The notes: generated by a model from the letters alone, not told the origin. A stretch of 64,000 nt of DNA from Octopus sinensis (GCF_006345805.1 NC_043003.1:108996001-109060000), one strand, 5' to 3'; numbered from the stretch's first letter, positions 40,905-55,184 are shown. A program made the numbers and translations.

Positions 40905-41020
40905 GCATACACACATATACATATATACAATTATATTTCATATATGTGTGCGTACGTATATGAACATGTATGCGTTTATAATATATATGTATGTATATGT
41001 GTATGTATGAATATTTATTA

Positions 41021-41489
41021 CATGGAAAAATGCGAGCATGAAAAGTAATATTCTTAAGATTATAAAGCTGGAAAAGTACAGGACAAGTTATTACTTTTAG
41101 TAAAGTAAAGAATAGGAAACGTTTTACTTAAAATATTGCAGCAAAGAATGCCACTTCTTCTAATTTATCACTCTTTACAATTCTCATCTTTTAAATTTAT
41201 TGTACAAAACTGTTCATCTAATTTATAAGTTTGTCTAATTATTCAATTTTTTCTGTATTTAAGGTAGTAAATTAGCCAGATTCTATTTAAATAAGCATAG
41301 TGTTAATTGTAAACTGTAATAAGATAAGTTTTAATATTTAAATTTTAATTTTAGCTGCAATATTTTAAGTAAAAAGTGTCTTATTCTTTACTTTACTTGA
41401 AGTAATAGCTTGTCCTATACTTTTACAGGTGTAATGATTCCATGTTTATAATCTTAAGAATATACTTTCTATGCTCACATTTTTCCATG
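41021..41489. mobile_element. Old MITE with ~125-140-bp diverged TIRs, TA-flanked
   Basis: CATGGAAAAATG(C/T)GAGCAT...CTTAAAATATTGCAGC at both ends in inverted orientation. Confidence 0.7.
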
Positions 41490-42750
41490 TAATCCATGAT
41501 TTATATATATAAAGATAATTACTGTTTATAGCAGCAATAATACTTCACATTTACTTTTTTATTGTTGACGATAGCATTCTCTTTAAACGGGGTAGGATTT
41601 ATAAAGTTAGAAATGCTCACAAGTTGTCATAGTGAATGTTTTGGAAATAGACGTTAAATACTGTTTCCAACTGAAGATAGCAAAGCATGTTTCTCAAGCA
41701 CAGCACAAAACCAATTGGTATTGGGGTATGTATTACACTGACTTCAAATTCCATCCTGAAGTTAGGCCGATTTTTTAGAGTATTGCTTGTGTGTGTATTT
41801 ATCATAGAATTGGTGATTTATTGAAGCTTTCGCATTCATTTTTAGCAAGCGGTATCTTTACTCTTCTTTTCTTCAAATATCAAAATGTGACCGCGTGTGT
41901 ACCGTTGGCGATTTTTTTCCCTCCGTCTTCCCTTCTTTGGATCTTTCCTTTTCCTATGTTTCTGACGAAGAGCTCCGCTCGAAACGTAAAACTCTCCTTC
42001 TTCCCTTCCTTCCTGAGCGTCCAATAATACTATATTTGTTCCACGTCCTCGCGTTGTTGTGTTTTCTCTTTGTGTTTTCATGTTTGGATTAAATATATAT
42101 TCCAGGAAGGAAGGGAAGGAGAGTTTTACGTTTCGAGCGGAGCACTTCGTCAGAAACATAGGAAAAGGAAAGATCCAAAGAAGGGAAGTCGGAGGGAAAA
42201 AAATCGCCAACGGTACACACGCGGTCACATTTTGATATTTGAAGAAAAGAAGAGTAAAGATACCGCTTGCTAAAAATGAATGCGAAAGCTTCAATAAACC
42301 ACCAATTCTATGATAAATACACACACAAGCAATACTCTAAAAAATCGGCCTAACTTCAGGATGGAATTTGAAGTCAGTGTAATACATACCCCAATACCAA
42401 TTGGTTTTGTGCTGTGCTTGAGAAACATGCTTTGCTATCTTCAGTTGGAAACAGTATTTAACGTCTATTTCCAAAACATTCACTATGACAACTTGTGAGC
42501 ATTTCTAACTTTATAAATCCTACCCCGTTTAAAGAGAATGCTATCGTCAACAATAAAAAAGTAAATGTGAAGTATTATTGCTGCTATAAACAGTAATTAT
42601 CTTTATATATATAAATCATGGATTACATGGAAAAATGTGAGCATAGAAAGTATATTCTTAAGATTATAAACATGGAATCATTACACCTGTAAAAGTATAG
42701 GACAAGCTATTACTTCTAGTAAAGTAAAGAATAAGACACTTTTTACTTAA
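41365..42750. repeat. ~650-bp near-perfect inverted duplication with 87-bp spacer
   Basis: Arms 41365-42015 and 42103-42750; 4 substitutions and one 3-bp indel counted; identical mirrored ORFs 41617-41805 and 42310-42498. Confidence 0.97.
41958..41992 (+). ncRNA. Minimal type I hammerhead ribozyme motif (dimer-dependent) in PLE-type terminal repeat
   Basis: GUUU-CUGACGA-A-GAGC(UCC)GCUC-GAAAC-GUA|AAAC; mirror copy at 42123-42157(-) has a stem II mismatch. Confidence 0.75.
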
Positions 42751-42774
42751 GACACTTTTTAATATATATATATA

Positions 42775-43433
<659 letters not shown>

Positions 43434-44600
43434 TATGATAACTTTAAACAAACCAATGTTTGCCTTAGAGGAACTTGGTAAACCACTTAACTGGTAATCA
43501 AATGGATGTGAGTTCGAGTCTCATGGATGGTTGCTGACATATTTTCTCACTTTGTATGGTTATTTTATTCTGTCTCTGCTGTTCTATCAGTGTTTGTGCT
43601 TCTGAAAATTAATTAAACTCTTATATATATATATATATATATCAACATTTATGCACACACACACACACACACACTTATGCCCACTCACATATAACCTCAA
43701 AACCGAATTCTTCTCAATTTCTTTCTACTAATTTTCATTCGCACGAAAACTTGCCGCAGGTCCCGCGTTATCGGAGGTTATGCACACGATCACATGCACG
43801 TATACCCTTGGCGCTCGCCTTCACAAACATTCGCGCAGAACTCAGCACGGACATTGCATTTTATGTAGAATGACATTTTTTTTACAACGCTAACGATAGC
43901 ATAAACATGCTTTAGCTAAAACAACAACAAAACGCTAATCTGTTGATAGGATTCGAACCTATGAAGCAGGCACATGACAAAGACAACACCGTAACCACTT
44001 AACCCTTTGCCATTTAATGTACAGCTTCCTATGGAGTTCATTCAAATTTTCGGGCCAAATTACAGTGAATTATAATTTCTGTTGCTGAAACAGAGGAAAT
44101 GAAGGTATTATCCCGATAATAGATTAATTTCCTGTATGCTGGCTAAAAATACCAGAGCTTTTGGAACCAGTTAGAACACAGATTACTAGTGCTAGACTCT
44201 CCAAGAATTAGCTAAAACAACATTAAAACATGTAACACTAAGTACCTGATGCGCAGACATGTGTGCGCATCAATGTATTTGAAGTGTGTGTGTGTGTGTA
44301 TGTATGCATGTATTTCTATATGTATATATATATATACCTATACGGCGGATTCTTGTATGTATTATGTGTGTATGTTCAGTTGTTCAGCTAGCATACTCTC
44401 TTTGTTTTGTCTGCAAGTATGAGTACGTTGGAGAAACTCAATTATTCCGGATGTTTGGAAGGAGTTAGTTATGTTTCGTAATCTTAATTTTGTTTATTAA
44501 GTTGGTGAGGTCAGGTTCGAAATTTCGATCATTACTACATACTTTCAAATCATTTAAATATTACTAAAACATACTGAAAAAAAATAGCGCTACCACCATT

Positions 44601-45074
44601 GGATCTTTTCGGTTTGACCGGCAGTTTTTTAAAAATAATTTCCACGCAACTAAACACTTTTAAACTTCGTATACTGCTAGAATGTGTTTATAAAACTTCT
44701 TTTTTTCTTGGCTTTATTGAGAAAATTCTATAGTTTGTAAGATATTTGTTGTATTTTTTCTTCAATTTCTGCAATTTCAACCAATCAATGACGTCTATTG
44801 AGGTGAAAACATTCTGTGCCGTATGAATATGTCCCTCGTTTAAGAGACAGATTGGGTTTATTTACATTTCTGAAGAAAAAAAACCCCTTCCCCCACCCCT
44901 AACCCTAACTAACCCTAACCCTAAATAATTCTAAATAACCCTAACTAACCCTTCCCCCTAACCCTAACTCTAAAACAGATTGAAATGCAATAGATCGATA
45001 CTAGGGTCATAATTAAGGGTGACAATTTCATATGACACCGCTAGAAAAAACTGCCGTTCAAACCGAAAAGATCC
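44601..45074. mobile_element. GGATC MITE family A, opposite orientation
   Basis: Both TIRs; TSD CCACCATT / CCACCATC (7/8); CCCTAA core. Confidence 0.9.
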
Positions 45075-46640
45075 CCACCATCTTTAAAAGCCTTAAATAC
45101 AGAAGCGAAGGCATCCTATCCAAAAGCAAAAAACTACGTGGACCTCTTCACCTTGTGGAATCTTTACAGACTCTTAAAGATCGCAAATCCAGTTTTCTTT
45201 GCAGCTCTAAAAATCGGTTAACTAACTCCTCCAAAAGAGAAGTGAAGATAGCCAGCAAGCGTATTATCGATACGATTAACATTAAATAGATGAATGGAAC
45301 TGCAATGCTGCTGTTATTAAAAGGTGAATTATCTGGTGGAATCACTGAATTTGATTTAGTGAACTTTACCCATCAATCTCCAAATCTCTTCAACTGAAAG
45401 CCCTAAACATTGGGAGCGAATTAATCACAATTAGCGATCGAGACACCAGGATTATAATGAATGCTATAGGAATGTGTTATATTACAATGTTTGTGGGGGA
45501 CGATATTTTGTTCAATGTCTCCTTAGAGATTGTAATGGAGCTGAGGTGACCAACTTCGTAAGATTGTTCATTGTCAACACGTTGAATCACTCCTAATAAA
45601 TTTCGGACTGAATAGAGATGATGGCTTAGTAATCTCGTACACTATGAATGGCCACATCGTAGATAGATTTAGAAAGGATGCAACAGAAGTTTTCAAAGAG
45701 ATTCATTTAAACGTAATTATTAGTATCAACTCAACAATTGCTAATATCTTAAGCCTAACACTAGAAATCCGGATAACACCACCATATATGCTTCAAAGAT
45801 ACAAAGCACACCGCGAGCATTGTTGGAATAATATCTTTACCCATCAATCTCTAAATTTCTTCAGCGTTGGGGGAGAATTTATCATAATTAGCGATCTAGG
45901 TACCAGGTTAATAATGAATGCTATAGGAGTGTCTGATATATTCTCAGACGGACATATCTTTATCAAGGCCTGCTCTTTCTATAACAATGCACTGGTTAGA
46001 AGCGGTTTCCACGAGAAGTGAGTGTACAACGTAAAGTCTACACCATAGAAGAACGAGGAAAAAGAAGCTAACTTGGTCCAATCTACTTTGCAATTTGAAT
46101 GTAGCCATTAATATACTCAGCAGCTTTCTGTCCCCTGTAAGACATTTCTGACCAATACATGAAAAAAAAAAATCAACACCAATAAAATCAGTGTCAGCGA
46201 TTCTTACCCGAATAACATGGCTTCCAAGAACACAAGCTACAGTTAAAATCACAAAGCTAAACAGCTCTCGCTGCAACAGCCATCTTGTAACTTCAGAAGA
46301 CCCACTACCGATACACAGAAATATCGACGTGTAAAACCAGACGTTACATCCCTAGATGTCATTCAAGAGGCGTCTGATCGGCAACCTGCGGCTTCGAGGT
46401 CGTTCTGTCCCTGCGTCTGTGAAGACTCCGCGGCAAACAGGGCGTCCCGTCACTCGGGATATGCATGCGGGATGTTGGGGACCGTTTGTGAATTCAATAT
46501 TCCCACGAAACTTCTTCTATGAGAGAAGAAGCCGGTTCAACCCGCCCTGGGTGAACGCCGTCACAAGTACAAGTAATTCTACGTCCAAACAGCGATTCTA
46601 CAGCGGTCTGTGTTGTTTAGCTCCACGCCAGTCTTGAAAG
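45075..46640 (+). mobile_element. Decayed Penelope-like element (RT, linker, GIY-YIG)
   Basis: TLKDRK, RLTNSSKREV..SKRIIDTIN, FDLVNF, GAEV, GLNRDDGL (YRDD-like), DRFRKD, LTWSN, SCNFR, FKRRL, LQRSVLFS in colinear order with stops and frameshifts; internal direct duplication ~45365-45475 / 45835-45930. Confidence 0.8.
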
Positions 46641-47029
46641 AGTAGACATAGTATTAACGGTGCTCCAACTATGACCATTCCATCTTCGTTTAAATGTTTA
46701 TTGAGAACTATATTATAATAAAAAAAAGTTTCCGTTACCTTCCCACTTTTAAAAATGTGAAAAATTTAGTTGTTTATTCTAGCAGACGGAACAACCACGT
46801 AAACGCCCCGTACATATTTGTGTTGTAGCTATTAACGTCTCAATGTATTGAGTTCTTATATTTTCTGAATTTATTGAAAGAACTTCAATCGTCTTTTAAG
46901 GGTCTTTTAAGCCCCAAATCAACCCTAATTCAACAGATTTCTAATCAAAGGATTGTCAGTACTGATTCCATTGTCAAGTGTGCCCCAAAGACTAGCTTTC
47001 TATAGAGCTAGAAAATATTTCAATTCCGA

Positions 47030-47760
47030 AAAGCTATAAATATTCTACAAAGCCTAAATGAGACGCAATGAAATACTACTTCCTCATTTGAAACGGAGCC
47101 CCTGCTACACAAAAAAACATCCTTCATCGCATCCAAAAGAAAGACGTCCGGCTGTTTGTCAAGGACACACTTACCAGGATACTCCTGAGTCTGAGACCCC
47201 CTTCGATCATTACAGACCACGGGATTGCACCTAGAAAGTTATCCTCCCAGGCACAAGTCCAGGCAAGGTTGTTTATGGAAGACCAGCAGTCGCCGATGCA
47301 TACCAGCCTCCCCTCTCCACGCCACCAGTGTTATCCAAGGGAAAGGCGAAGGGGGCCGATACAGCTTGGCACCAGTGATGTCGCAACTCATTTTTACAGC
47401 TAAGTAAACTGGAGCAATGTGAAATAAAGTATCTTGCTCAAGAACACAACACGCAGCCCGGTCCGGGATTCGAACGCACAATCTCACGATCGTAAGATCG
47501 ACGCTCTAACCACTGAGCCATGCGCCTTCACTCCCAGGATACTCTTGCATCTAGCTTACAGAAGCATTGTTTTATCACTCGGTCTCTTCTGCAATTATTA
47601 CAGTGGTTTGAACTTTTTAATCGCGTACTATCTCCAGCTAACACACTGCTCTCTTCTCATATTGTCATCTGTTCTGTGCCTCTTCCCCATACTGACCATT
47701 ATACGTAATCGCTTTTTTCTCCAGGAAATTAACCCCCTTGATTTCCTTCTCCATCCACGT
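47030..47760 (+). mobile_element. L2/Crack-like LINE C-terminal relic, interrupted by a SINE
   Basis: NGAPATQKNILHRIQKKDVRL...TLTRIL|LHLAYRSIVLSLGLFCNYYSG reads through once the SINE is removed. Confidence 0.55.
47185..47533 (-). mobile_element. SINE family 3, full length with 11-bp TSD
   Basis: tRNA head GGCGCATGGCTCAGTGGTTAGAGCG...GTTCGAATCCCGG; TSD CCAGGATACTC at 47174-47184 and 47534-47544. Confidence 0.9.
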
Positions 47761-48796
47761 TTTTCTCAAAGGTGTCATATTGCAGTTGACATTGAATATC
47801 AACTTCACAAACTTTGGAGGACTTATAAAGTTATTTGACGCAGTCGCTTCCAACCAACCGAAACGATAAATGATAATCGAACCTAAGACTACATTAGTCA
47901 ATGCTTTCTCTCACTTTTAGAAAGATGTTAAGTTAGATTTGTGATGTATTTGGCTGCTCTGTCTAGCAAGCAGGCCGACACGTTTCGGTAGTCTGAGAGT
48001 AGCACGTTCAACATGGATTATGACTGTAAACGGAGGCTGGTTGGATTAGTATCTCCTTTTATAGATTAAAATATTTTCCTATAAAACTGATTGTGGTGTA
48101 AATGAAAACCTTTTGATGCTGATTTATCAGTTTCATTCTTTGTTGAAACCAATTCTGTAAATCCCAGGAAACTCACACCATTCCCCTACATTCCTTTGAG
48201 TTTTCTCCCATTGTCGAACACAATGGTCGGGTTAACTCCCAAGCAAATCCATTTCAATAGAAGTAATATTGACTGAATGCCCCAAACATAAGGCTTCCGG
48301 ATCAATTAACATTGAATTGATTAGTTCTTGGCATTGGCAGTATTTGGATTTGGAATTAATTCTCTACTAAATTGGTTTTATTTTGGAAATTATATTTTTG
48401 GCATTCAATGTGAATAAATATTGATTACATAATTTCTCTTGACTACGAAGGAAAACCATATATTTTAGGAGAAAAATGTTAAAAACGAGAAGTTAGGACG
48501 TTCATGCTTTTCCCAAAGATATCGAATTGGCTGAGTTATTTGAATATTGGGTCGAATGCCAAGCAGTGTTTCTTCGTGCTTTTTATGCCCGGAGTTCAAA
48601 TCCTGCTGAGCTCAGCTTTGCTTTTCTTATGCTTGGATTCAATAAATAAAGTAGCAGTAAAGGCAGGCAGATTGGTGGAATTGGTGGAGCATTGGATGGA
48701 ATGCTTTGTGGTGTCTGTTCCGGCTCTGTACATTTTAAATTCTTCCTCCTATCATCATTCTCTCCATGGTGGGAAAATGGGTCGCCAGAACCTGAT

Positions 48797-48828
<32 letters not shown>

Positions 48829-49589
48829 TGTATGTATGTATGTATGTATGTATGTATGTATGTCACTATTCAGTTCTATTTCAAGTTTTCCTGCCAATAG
48901 AGAAACAGCCGGTTTCGAACCTAGAACCAAGGCTCCTTCATTGCAATTCCAACAACATAAACAGGATATTTTTGCATGTATGTGTGTACATATGTTGTAT
49001 TTGGAGTCAGTGCACGTGCAGATTGTATGATTTGTTTTATGCATATATTCTGATGCAAATAGTTGCATGTCTACACATGCACATATATACTTAAATGATA
49101 AACTTCTGGACTATTTTACAAATTTTACCAGTTCCTGTGGTAGCTTGAATTTGTAGCCTTCGAAAATCAGCTTTCTCCTTTCTGGTTTTGAGAAGTCTAA
49201 TTTCTCAAGATTGACACTGTGTTACATACCCCAGTGCTCCCCAAAATTAAAGTTATAAAGCTGGACTTGTAATTTGAGTTGAGTAAATTCTAGATTTCTC
49301 AGTAGTTCAGCAAAGGTATTTTCTTTTTCGCTGATCTTTAGGTTTATGTTAACATCTGCTGCGTAGCTGCTTTCTTCTGCTGTGCAGTTGTCCTCTGACC
49401 CAAATCACTATATCAAGTCTATTTTGTTTGAAATTTTATTGAACTTTTCACTGGGACATTCCACCGATGTATGTATGTATGTATGTATGTATGTATGTAT
49501 GTATGTATGTATGTATGTATGTATGTATGTATGCATGTATGTATGTATGTATGTATGTATGTATGTATGTATGTATGTATATATATATA

Positions 49590-49627
<38 letters not shown>

Positions 49628-50210
49628 TTGCCCCACCAAAAAGATGGATGGCGGTGTGTCCGGCTGTGGCCAATCAGTCCAATGCGTGCTTGGAAGGCTC
49701 TGCCGCTGGTCGGGCATTAGGCGTGGGACTAAAGGCAAGGAGTTGACTCTGAACTTGCGCAGCGCACGTTTCCTTTGTGATCCTGCCATTCTATTCCGTC
49801 CCTGCAGAGGCGGGAGCTCCGTTGATGCGGCTTTGTCAGGCAGGAGATGGGTGAGCGTGGTCCTGTGCTTGCATTTTCCCAGGTATTAGTTAGACTGTGT
49901 ATCTTTCCCGTATACAACCAAGTCACCATATTAACTTTTCAATGAATCTGTTGCTTGGGTCACACCAAAGTTGCTGGGATGTGTTGTGACGGTGGCTTGT
50001 TGGTTTGCGGAAGCTGCGTGTAATAATTTAACGCCTTCAACACATTTAAACATGCTTTATTAACACTGTGTTATCTCCAAAGATAAATTTAGTATTAGTT
50101 ATCACCGGTTTGTATCTGGGATCGGGGTTTTGTGGGGTGGGGGGTCCATTTTGTGTCTGTCTATATCTCAGAAAACCCGCTTTCGTCCCTGAATGTTCTT
50201 TGATTATTTC

Positions 50211-50603
50211 ACGTTAGCGCGCCGGGCGAAATGCTTAGCGGTATTTCGTCTGCGTTACGTTGTGAGTTCAAATTCCACCGAGGTCGACTTTGCCTTTCAT
50301 CCTTTCGGGGTCGATAAATTAAGCACCATTTACGCACTGGGGTCGATGTAATCGACTTAATACCTATGTCTGTCATTGTTTGTCCGCTCTGTGTTTAGCC
50401 CCTTGTGGGTAATAAAGAAATAGGTATTTCTTCTGTCGTTACGTTCTGAGTTCAGATTCCGCCGAGGTCGACTTTACTTTTCATCTTTTCGGGGTCGATT
50501 AATTAAGTACCAGTTACTGGGGTCGATATAATTGACTTAATCCGTTTGTCTGTCCTTGTTTGCCCTCTCTGTGTGTAGCCCCTTGTGGGCAGTAAAGAAA
50601 TAG
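50211..50603 (+). mobile_element. SINE family 2, head-to-tail dimer
   Basis: Two body+tail units, same architecture as 23795-24200. Confidence 0.85.
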
Positions 50604-52683
50604 ATTATTTCATGTTACTGCGAACGTGGCTTTGTACCAGTGTGACCAATTTTCTACTGAGCCGACGAAGTTTTTGTAAGATAATTTATAAATATCTAGT
50701 TGTTTTCCTTACATTAACCTGAGGCATATAATGATGTGCAGATAATTGTATATTCATGGGTGAAAGTGTTTCAGTCTATCCGACATTTTGTTTTCTCCCA
50801 TTCGGTACTTTTCGCCAGCGTTGGTGTGTGTCAGTCATAATTAACAAGAAAGTTGTATATCAGGAAGTCAAATATCAGTAAAACCCTGTTCAAATAATTT
50901 TTGTATTTAAGTTTGTCTTATTTTGTATTTTTCCTATTTTGTAGTCTACCGTACACTTGCCATACGTTTGTATATACACGCGGTACATCTATACGAAGCA
51001 GCAACACACTGCACAAGTCATATAAAGTTGGTCATGCATTAGAAATATACGTAGAGTCAGTAAGATGAAAGAAATGTAATGCAACATGCAAATAGGTGAA
51101 TATCAAAAGCTTAGCACAAGGACTGGATTACAGGAGCATCTCTACATGCTCTGTCTCATGTCTGCCGCTCCAATTGCAAATCGCTTTAAGCATGCAGTCG
51201 TTAGGACGGCTTAGCGAGAGTCGAGATCATCATTCCCGCCTCACGTTTACAACATTCTGAGAATTGGCGCCTAAAATCAACTCTATTTATAACCATTAGA
51301 GGGAAAATTCCAGGGCTTTCCAGCATCATCTTTCACGTGATGTATGGCTTTTGATTGGATGGCACACTTCCTCAAGCCCTTGACATGTGATTTGAAAACA
51401 GCAATGTGACAACACAAGATCGGGTCCTGCTACAAATCTTTATTAATCCACTCAAAAAAAAAAAAAAACAGAACTATTTTTCACACACCAACTTCAAATT
51501 AACCAGCTTCAAAAAACAGGGTCTGTTTATTCAATATAAGGTACAACTTGTTGAAAATACTAAATTTCTGGAAGCCGATAATGAGGTCCGTTATTCTATT
51601 TATAAATATTCAGGTGAAAATAGTAGAATTTATTGAACGATGGAGGAAATTCGTTATAGATTTTAATGTTATCCATTAGGACACCGTTTTTGAAAGCGAA
51701 TTTCAATTCCAGTTCTATTTTCAATGTCAACTTACGAAATCAGATTTGGATTTATGAAAATATCTCTATTTTATCGATTAGGAAGTTCGTACTAATAAAG
51801 AAATAAACTTGTTAAGTTTCCAACGGAACTTTTAATCTTCTTTTAGTTATTTTCTTACTGTGAAAGAAAGAAAATAGCATGTAACCGTCTTATTAGGTTT
51901 GATTGATAGGAGCGCCTTTGATTCACTTACGCAAACAATAAAGAGTTAATCAGAATAAGTTTTTCTTGTGCTTTCTTTCCTCCCGAAACCTAAATTTTAA
52001 TGTTACTTTTTTCTTTTTATCTACAAGAATGCTTAGCATAGTTGGATAGCATAAATAAATACAAATAAACTAAAAATGTAGCGTACAGCTAAACAAATAT
52101 ATATACATAAATTCCCTCAGTTTTGCGTACGCTTTAGAGAGATTTTTACATGATTTGGTGGACTGTTACAGACATGAAAGTGTTATTAAATCCACATAAT
52201 TGCACCAAAGGAAAATGTTAATATCTAGGTACTCGTTCACCTTTGTAATAATTTTATTTATCTTGTTACTTCTTCCAAATATCTACTTGCCATCCTAGTA
52301 AGCAATGATTATAATTCTTAAGAGTTCTTTTAATACATTTTTCTTCATCTCTTCCTAGAAAAAATTCCCGATTGCGGGTGCAGGCAAGAGAAATGCTAAT
52401 CAACGTCATTGGAGGGAAAGAGAAGAGAACATTTAAGTACATGTTAACCTTTCTAATACATTTAAGATAATCTACTGGCAATGTATGGGGAGTAGTATTG
52501 CAAATGGTTAAGAAATTTGCTTCGGAACCTGTTCCCGGGTTCAGTCTCGCTGCGTGGAATCTTAGGCTCCTGTCATTTTTACTTAGTTTCACGTGAGTAA
52601 AATTAAGTAGATGAAAACTTACGCACACACACACACACACATACACACACAATCTATTTAATGATCACAATACATATATTAAA

Positions 52684-52736
52684 GTGCTACGAATAGTTTC
52701 ATATGTTGAGAAAACTCGAACATATTCTTCAGGCGC
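52684..52736 (-). ncRNA. Type I hammerhead ribozyme motif
   Basis: GCGC-CUGAAGA-AUAUGUU(CGAGUUUUCUC)AACAUAU-GAAAC-UAUUC-GUA|GCAC; one C-A mismatch in stem I. Confidence 0.75.
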
Positions 52737-52759
52737 AAACCACATATCATACGTGTTTT

Positions 52760-52813
52760 GTGCCTGAAGAATATGTTGGGTTTTCTCAACATATATGAAA
52801 CTGTTAGTAGCGC
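52760..52813 (+). ncRNA. Type I hammerhead ribozyme motif
   Basis: GUGC-CUGAAGA-AUAUGUUG(GGUUUUCU)CAACAUAU-AU-GAAAC-UGUUA-GUA|GCGC. Confidence 0.72.
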
Positions 52814-53037
52814 TTTGATACATGTATTGTGACCTTTAAATAAATAATATTTATCTCTCACCAGATGGCATACATTTTTTTGTTGAATTTTCTATCACGG
52901 AACAGTACATTATATATAAATATATATATATTATATGTATATAATATATATATATATATAATGTATATAAGATAAATCCAAACGACTTTAAATCTATCTA
53001 CCTATCTATACGATACATTCTCGTTCATAGAGACACA

Positions 53038-53389
53038 GGCATTCCTGTGTCGTTAAGAAGCTTGCTTTTGGCTGACTTTTGGCTGACAAAAACCTTGTGA
53101 GTGAAGTTGGTTGACGGAAACTGAAACAAGCCAATCGTATGTATATGTGTATATCTATCAACGTATGTGTTTGTGTTATGCTAGTCCCTCACCACCGCTT
53201 GACAACCGGTGTTGCTTTGTTTATGCCCGTGTTACTTAGCAGTTCAGCAAAAGAGACAGATAACCAAACTAAGTACCAGGTTTTAAAGACTAAGTACAAG
53301 TATCGATTTGTTCGACTTAGACCCTTCAGTGCAGGTGTCCCAGCATTGTCGCAATCTAATGACTGAAACATGTTGAAGAAGGGCTAAAA

Positions 53390-53390
<1 letters not shown>
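53038..53390 (+). mobile_element. SINE family 1, diverged
   Basis: Degenerate head; core and tail recognisable. Confidence 0.7.
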
Positions 53391-53428
<38 letters not shown>

Positions 53429-53749
53429 CACACACACACAATGAGTATAACGATATGCTTCGAAGGCTAACATTAGTTTATTGTAATAAAGAGGCTATAA
53501 TCAAGACCCATCTACTTCACACCTCGATATTTAACACAATCTTCAAACCGGAATGAGAAGCGCACAAAAATTTCAAGTGTAAAATTTTCGATTTCCTTCA
53601 CGAAATATTCGTTTCATTTCCAATCAGATTTGGTGATTGTACCGCGCTTTAAAGGTCACCTACATTGATAAACGCTAATTTTTATAAGAACCCAATTGTT
53701 GACTGCATATTACGGTGAGCTATACTCATTATAAAGTATTTCTTCATTT

Positions 53750-54065
53750 CTCGTTTTCACTTTGACCGTCAGATTTAAAAAATAATTTTTTGTAACTAAA
53801 CACTTCATATGCTGGTAGAATGTGTCACAGCTTTTTCTCTTGGCGTTCTTGAGAAAATTCTGTAGTTTGTAAGCCATTTCTTGTTAAATTTCTCGTATTT
53901 CGCCAATTTCAACCAATCAGTGACGTCTATTGAGGTGAATACAATTACTGCTGTTGTTTGTCAACAAGAACTTCCGGCGGTGTATATTTCGTTTGTCAAC
54001 GAGGTTTAAAAGTGTTTAGTTACAAAAAATTATTTTAAAATCTGCCGGTCAAAGTGAAAAGATCC
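53750..54065. mobile_element. GGATC MITE family B, uninterrupted
   Basis: TTTTCACTTTGACCGTCAG ... CTGCCGGTCAAAGTGAAAAGATCC. Confidence 0.8.
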
Positions 54066-54266
54066 AAAGTAAGTTCCTTCTCTGTATGCTGACATACTTG
54101 CATCCATCTGTACACACACACACACCAATGTATTATATGTATTATATATATATGCAAATATATGTTACATACACACACTCATACACACACGCAAACACAC
54201 ACACACATATATGTATTCAGTTAAAATATTTACATACAAACATACACATACATATTTACATGCTAA

Positions 54267-54299
<33 letters not shown>

Positions 54300-54620
54300 T
54301 GTATGTATGTATGTATGTATGTATGTATGTATGTATATATGTATGTATGTATGTATGTATGTGTATATATATATATACATATATATATATTTATATATAT
54401 TCATACATACCATATGTATGTTAAAAAAACAATCTTAGATGTAAAGCTCCGTGATATCTCGTTAATTCCTCTCCTGTCAGCTTTTTCATGAAGTCTGTCC
54501 GAAACGTTGGATTTTCCACTCCCCACGGCAATTTCACTATACACTTTTTATCGATTTTTAAATGATAAAGTACTTGCATACATACATACTTACGTATACA
54601 TACATACATACATACATACA

Positions 54621-54654
<34 letters not shown>

Positions 54655-54665
54655 CATACATATAT

Positions 54666-54721
<56 letters not shown>

Positions 54722-55062
54722 AGATATAGAGTAAAGAATTATTAATATTAATTTAATAATTAATAATTTTACCAAGTAGTTCGGTATGGAAAAAACCCAT
54801 TATCGGTAAAAACTTATACAAAAAGTTTTTTTTTTATAATTATAAACATAATTAAGGGATCAGCAAAAGTTGCTTCACCACATACTGAAATTTAGAAATA
54901 GCAGTCAAACTACTAATTCTTTTACTACAATATATCTCCACAGACAGTACAGTATATGATATATATATACATATATATATATTTATATACACACACATAC
55001 ATACATACATACTACATACATACATACATACATACATACATACATACTACATACATACATAC

Positions 55063-55184
<122 letters not shown>

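Larger units (their letters stand above)
52655..52842. repeat. ~89-bp inverted repeat with a hammerhead in each arm
   Basis: Arms 52655-52743 and 52753-52842, 9-nt loop. Confidence 0.85.

Noticed and set aside
41617-42498. Two identical 62-aa ORFs suggesting a duplicated gene
   Set aside because: They are mirror images produced by the inverted duplication and have no recognisable domain.
54485-54515. AUGAAG-UCUGUCC-GAAAC-GUU hammerhead-like string
   Set aside because: The CUG of the core is missing and stem I does not pair; decayed remnant at best.
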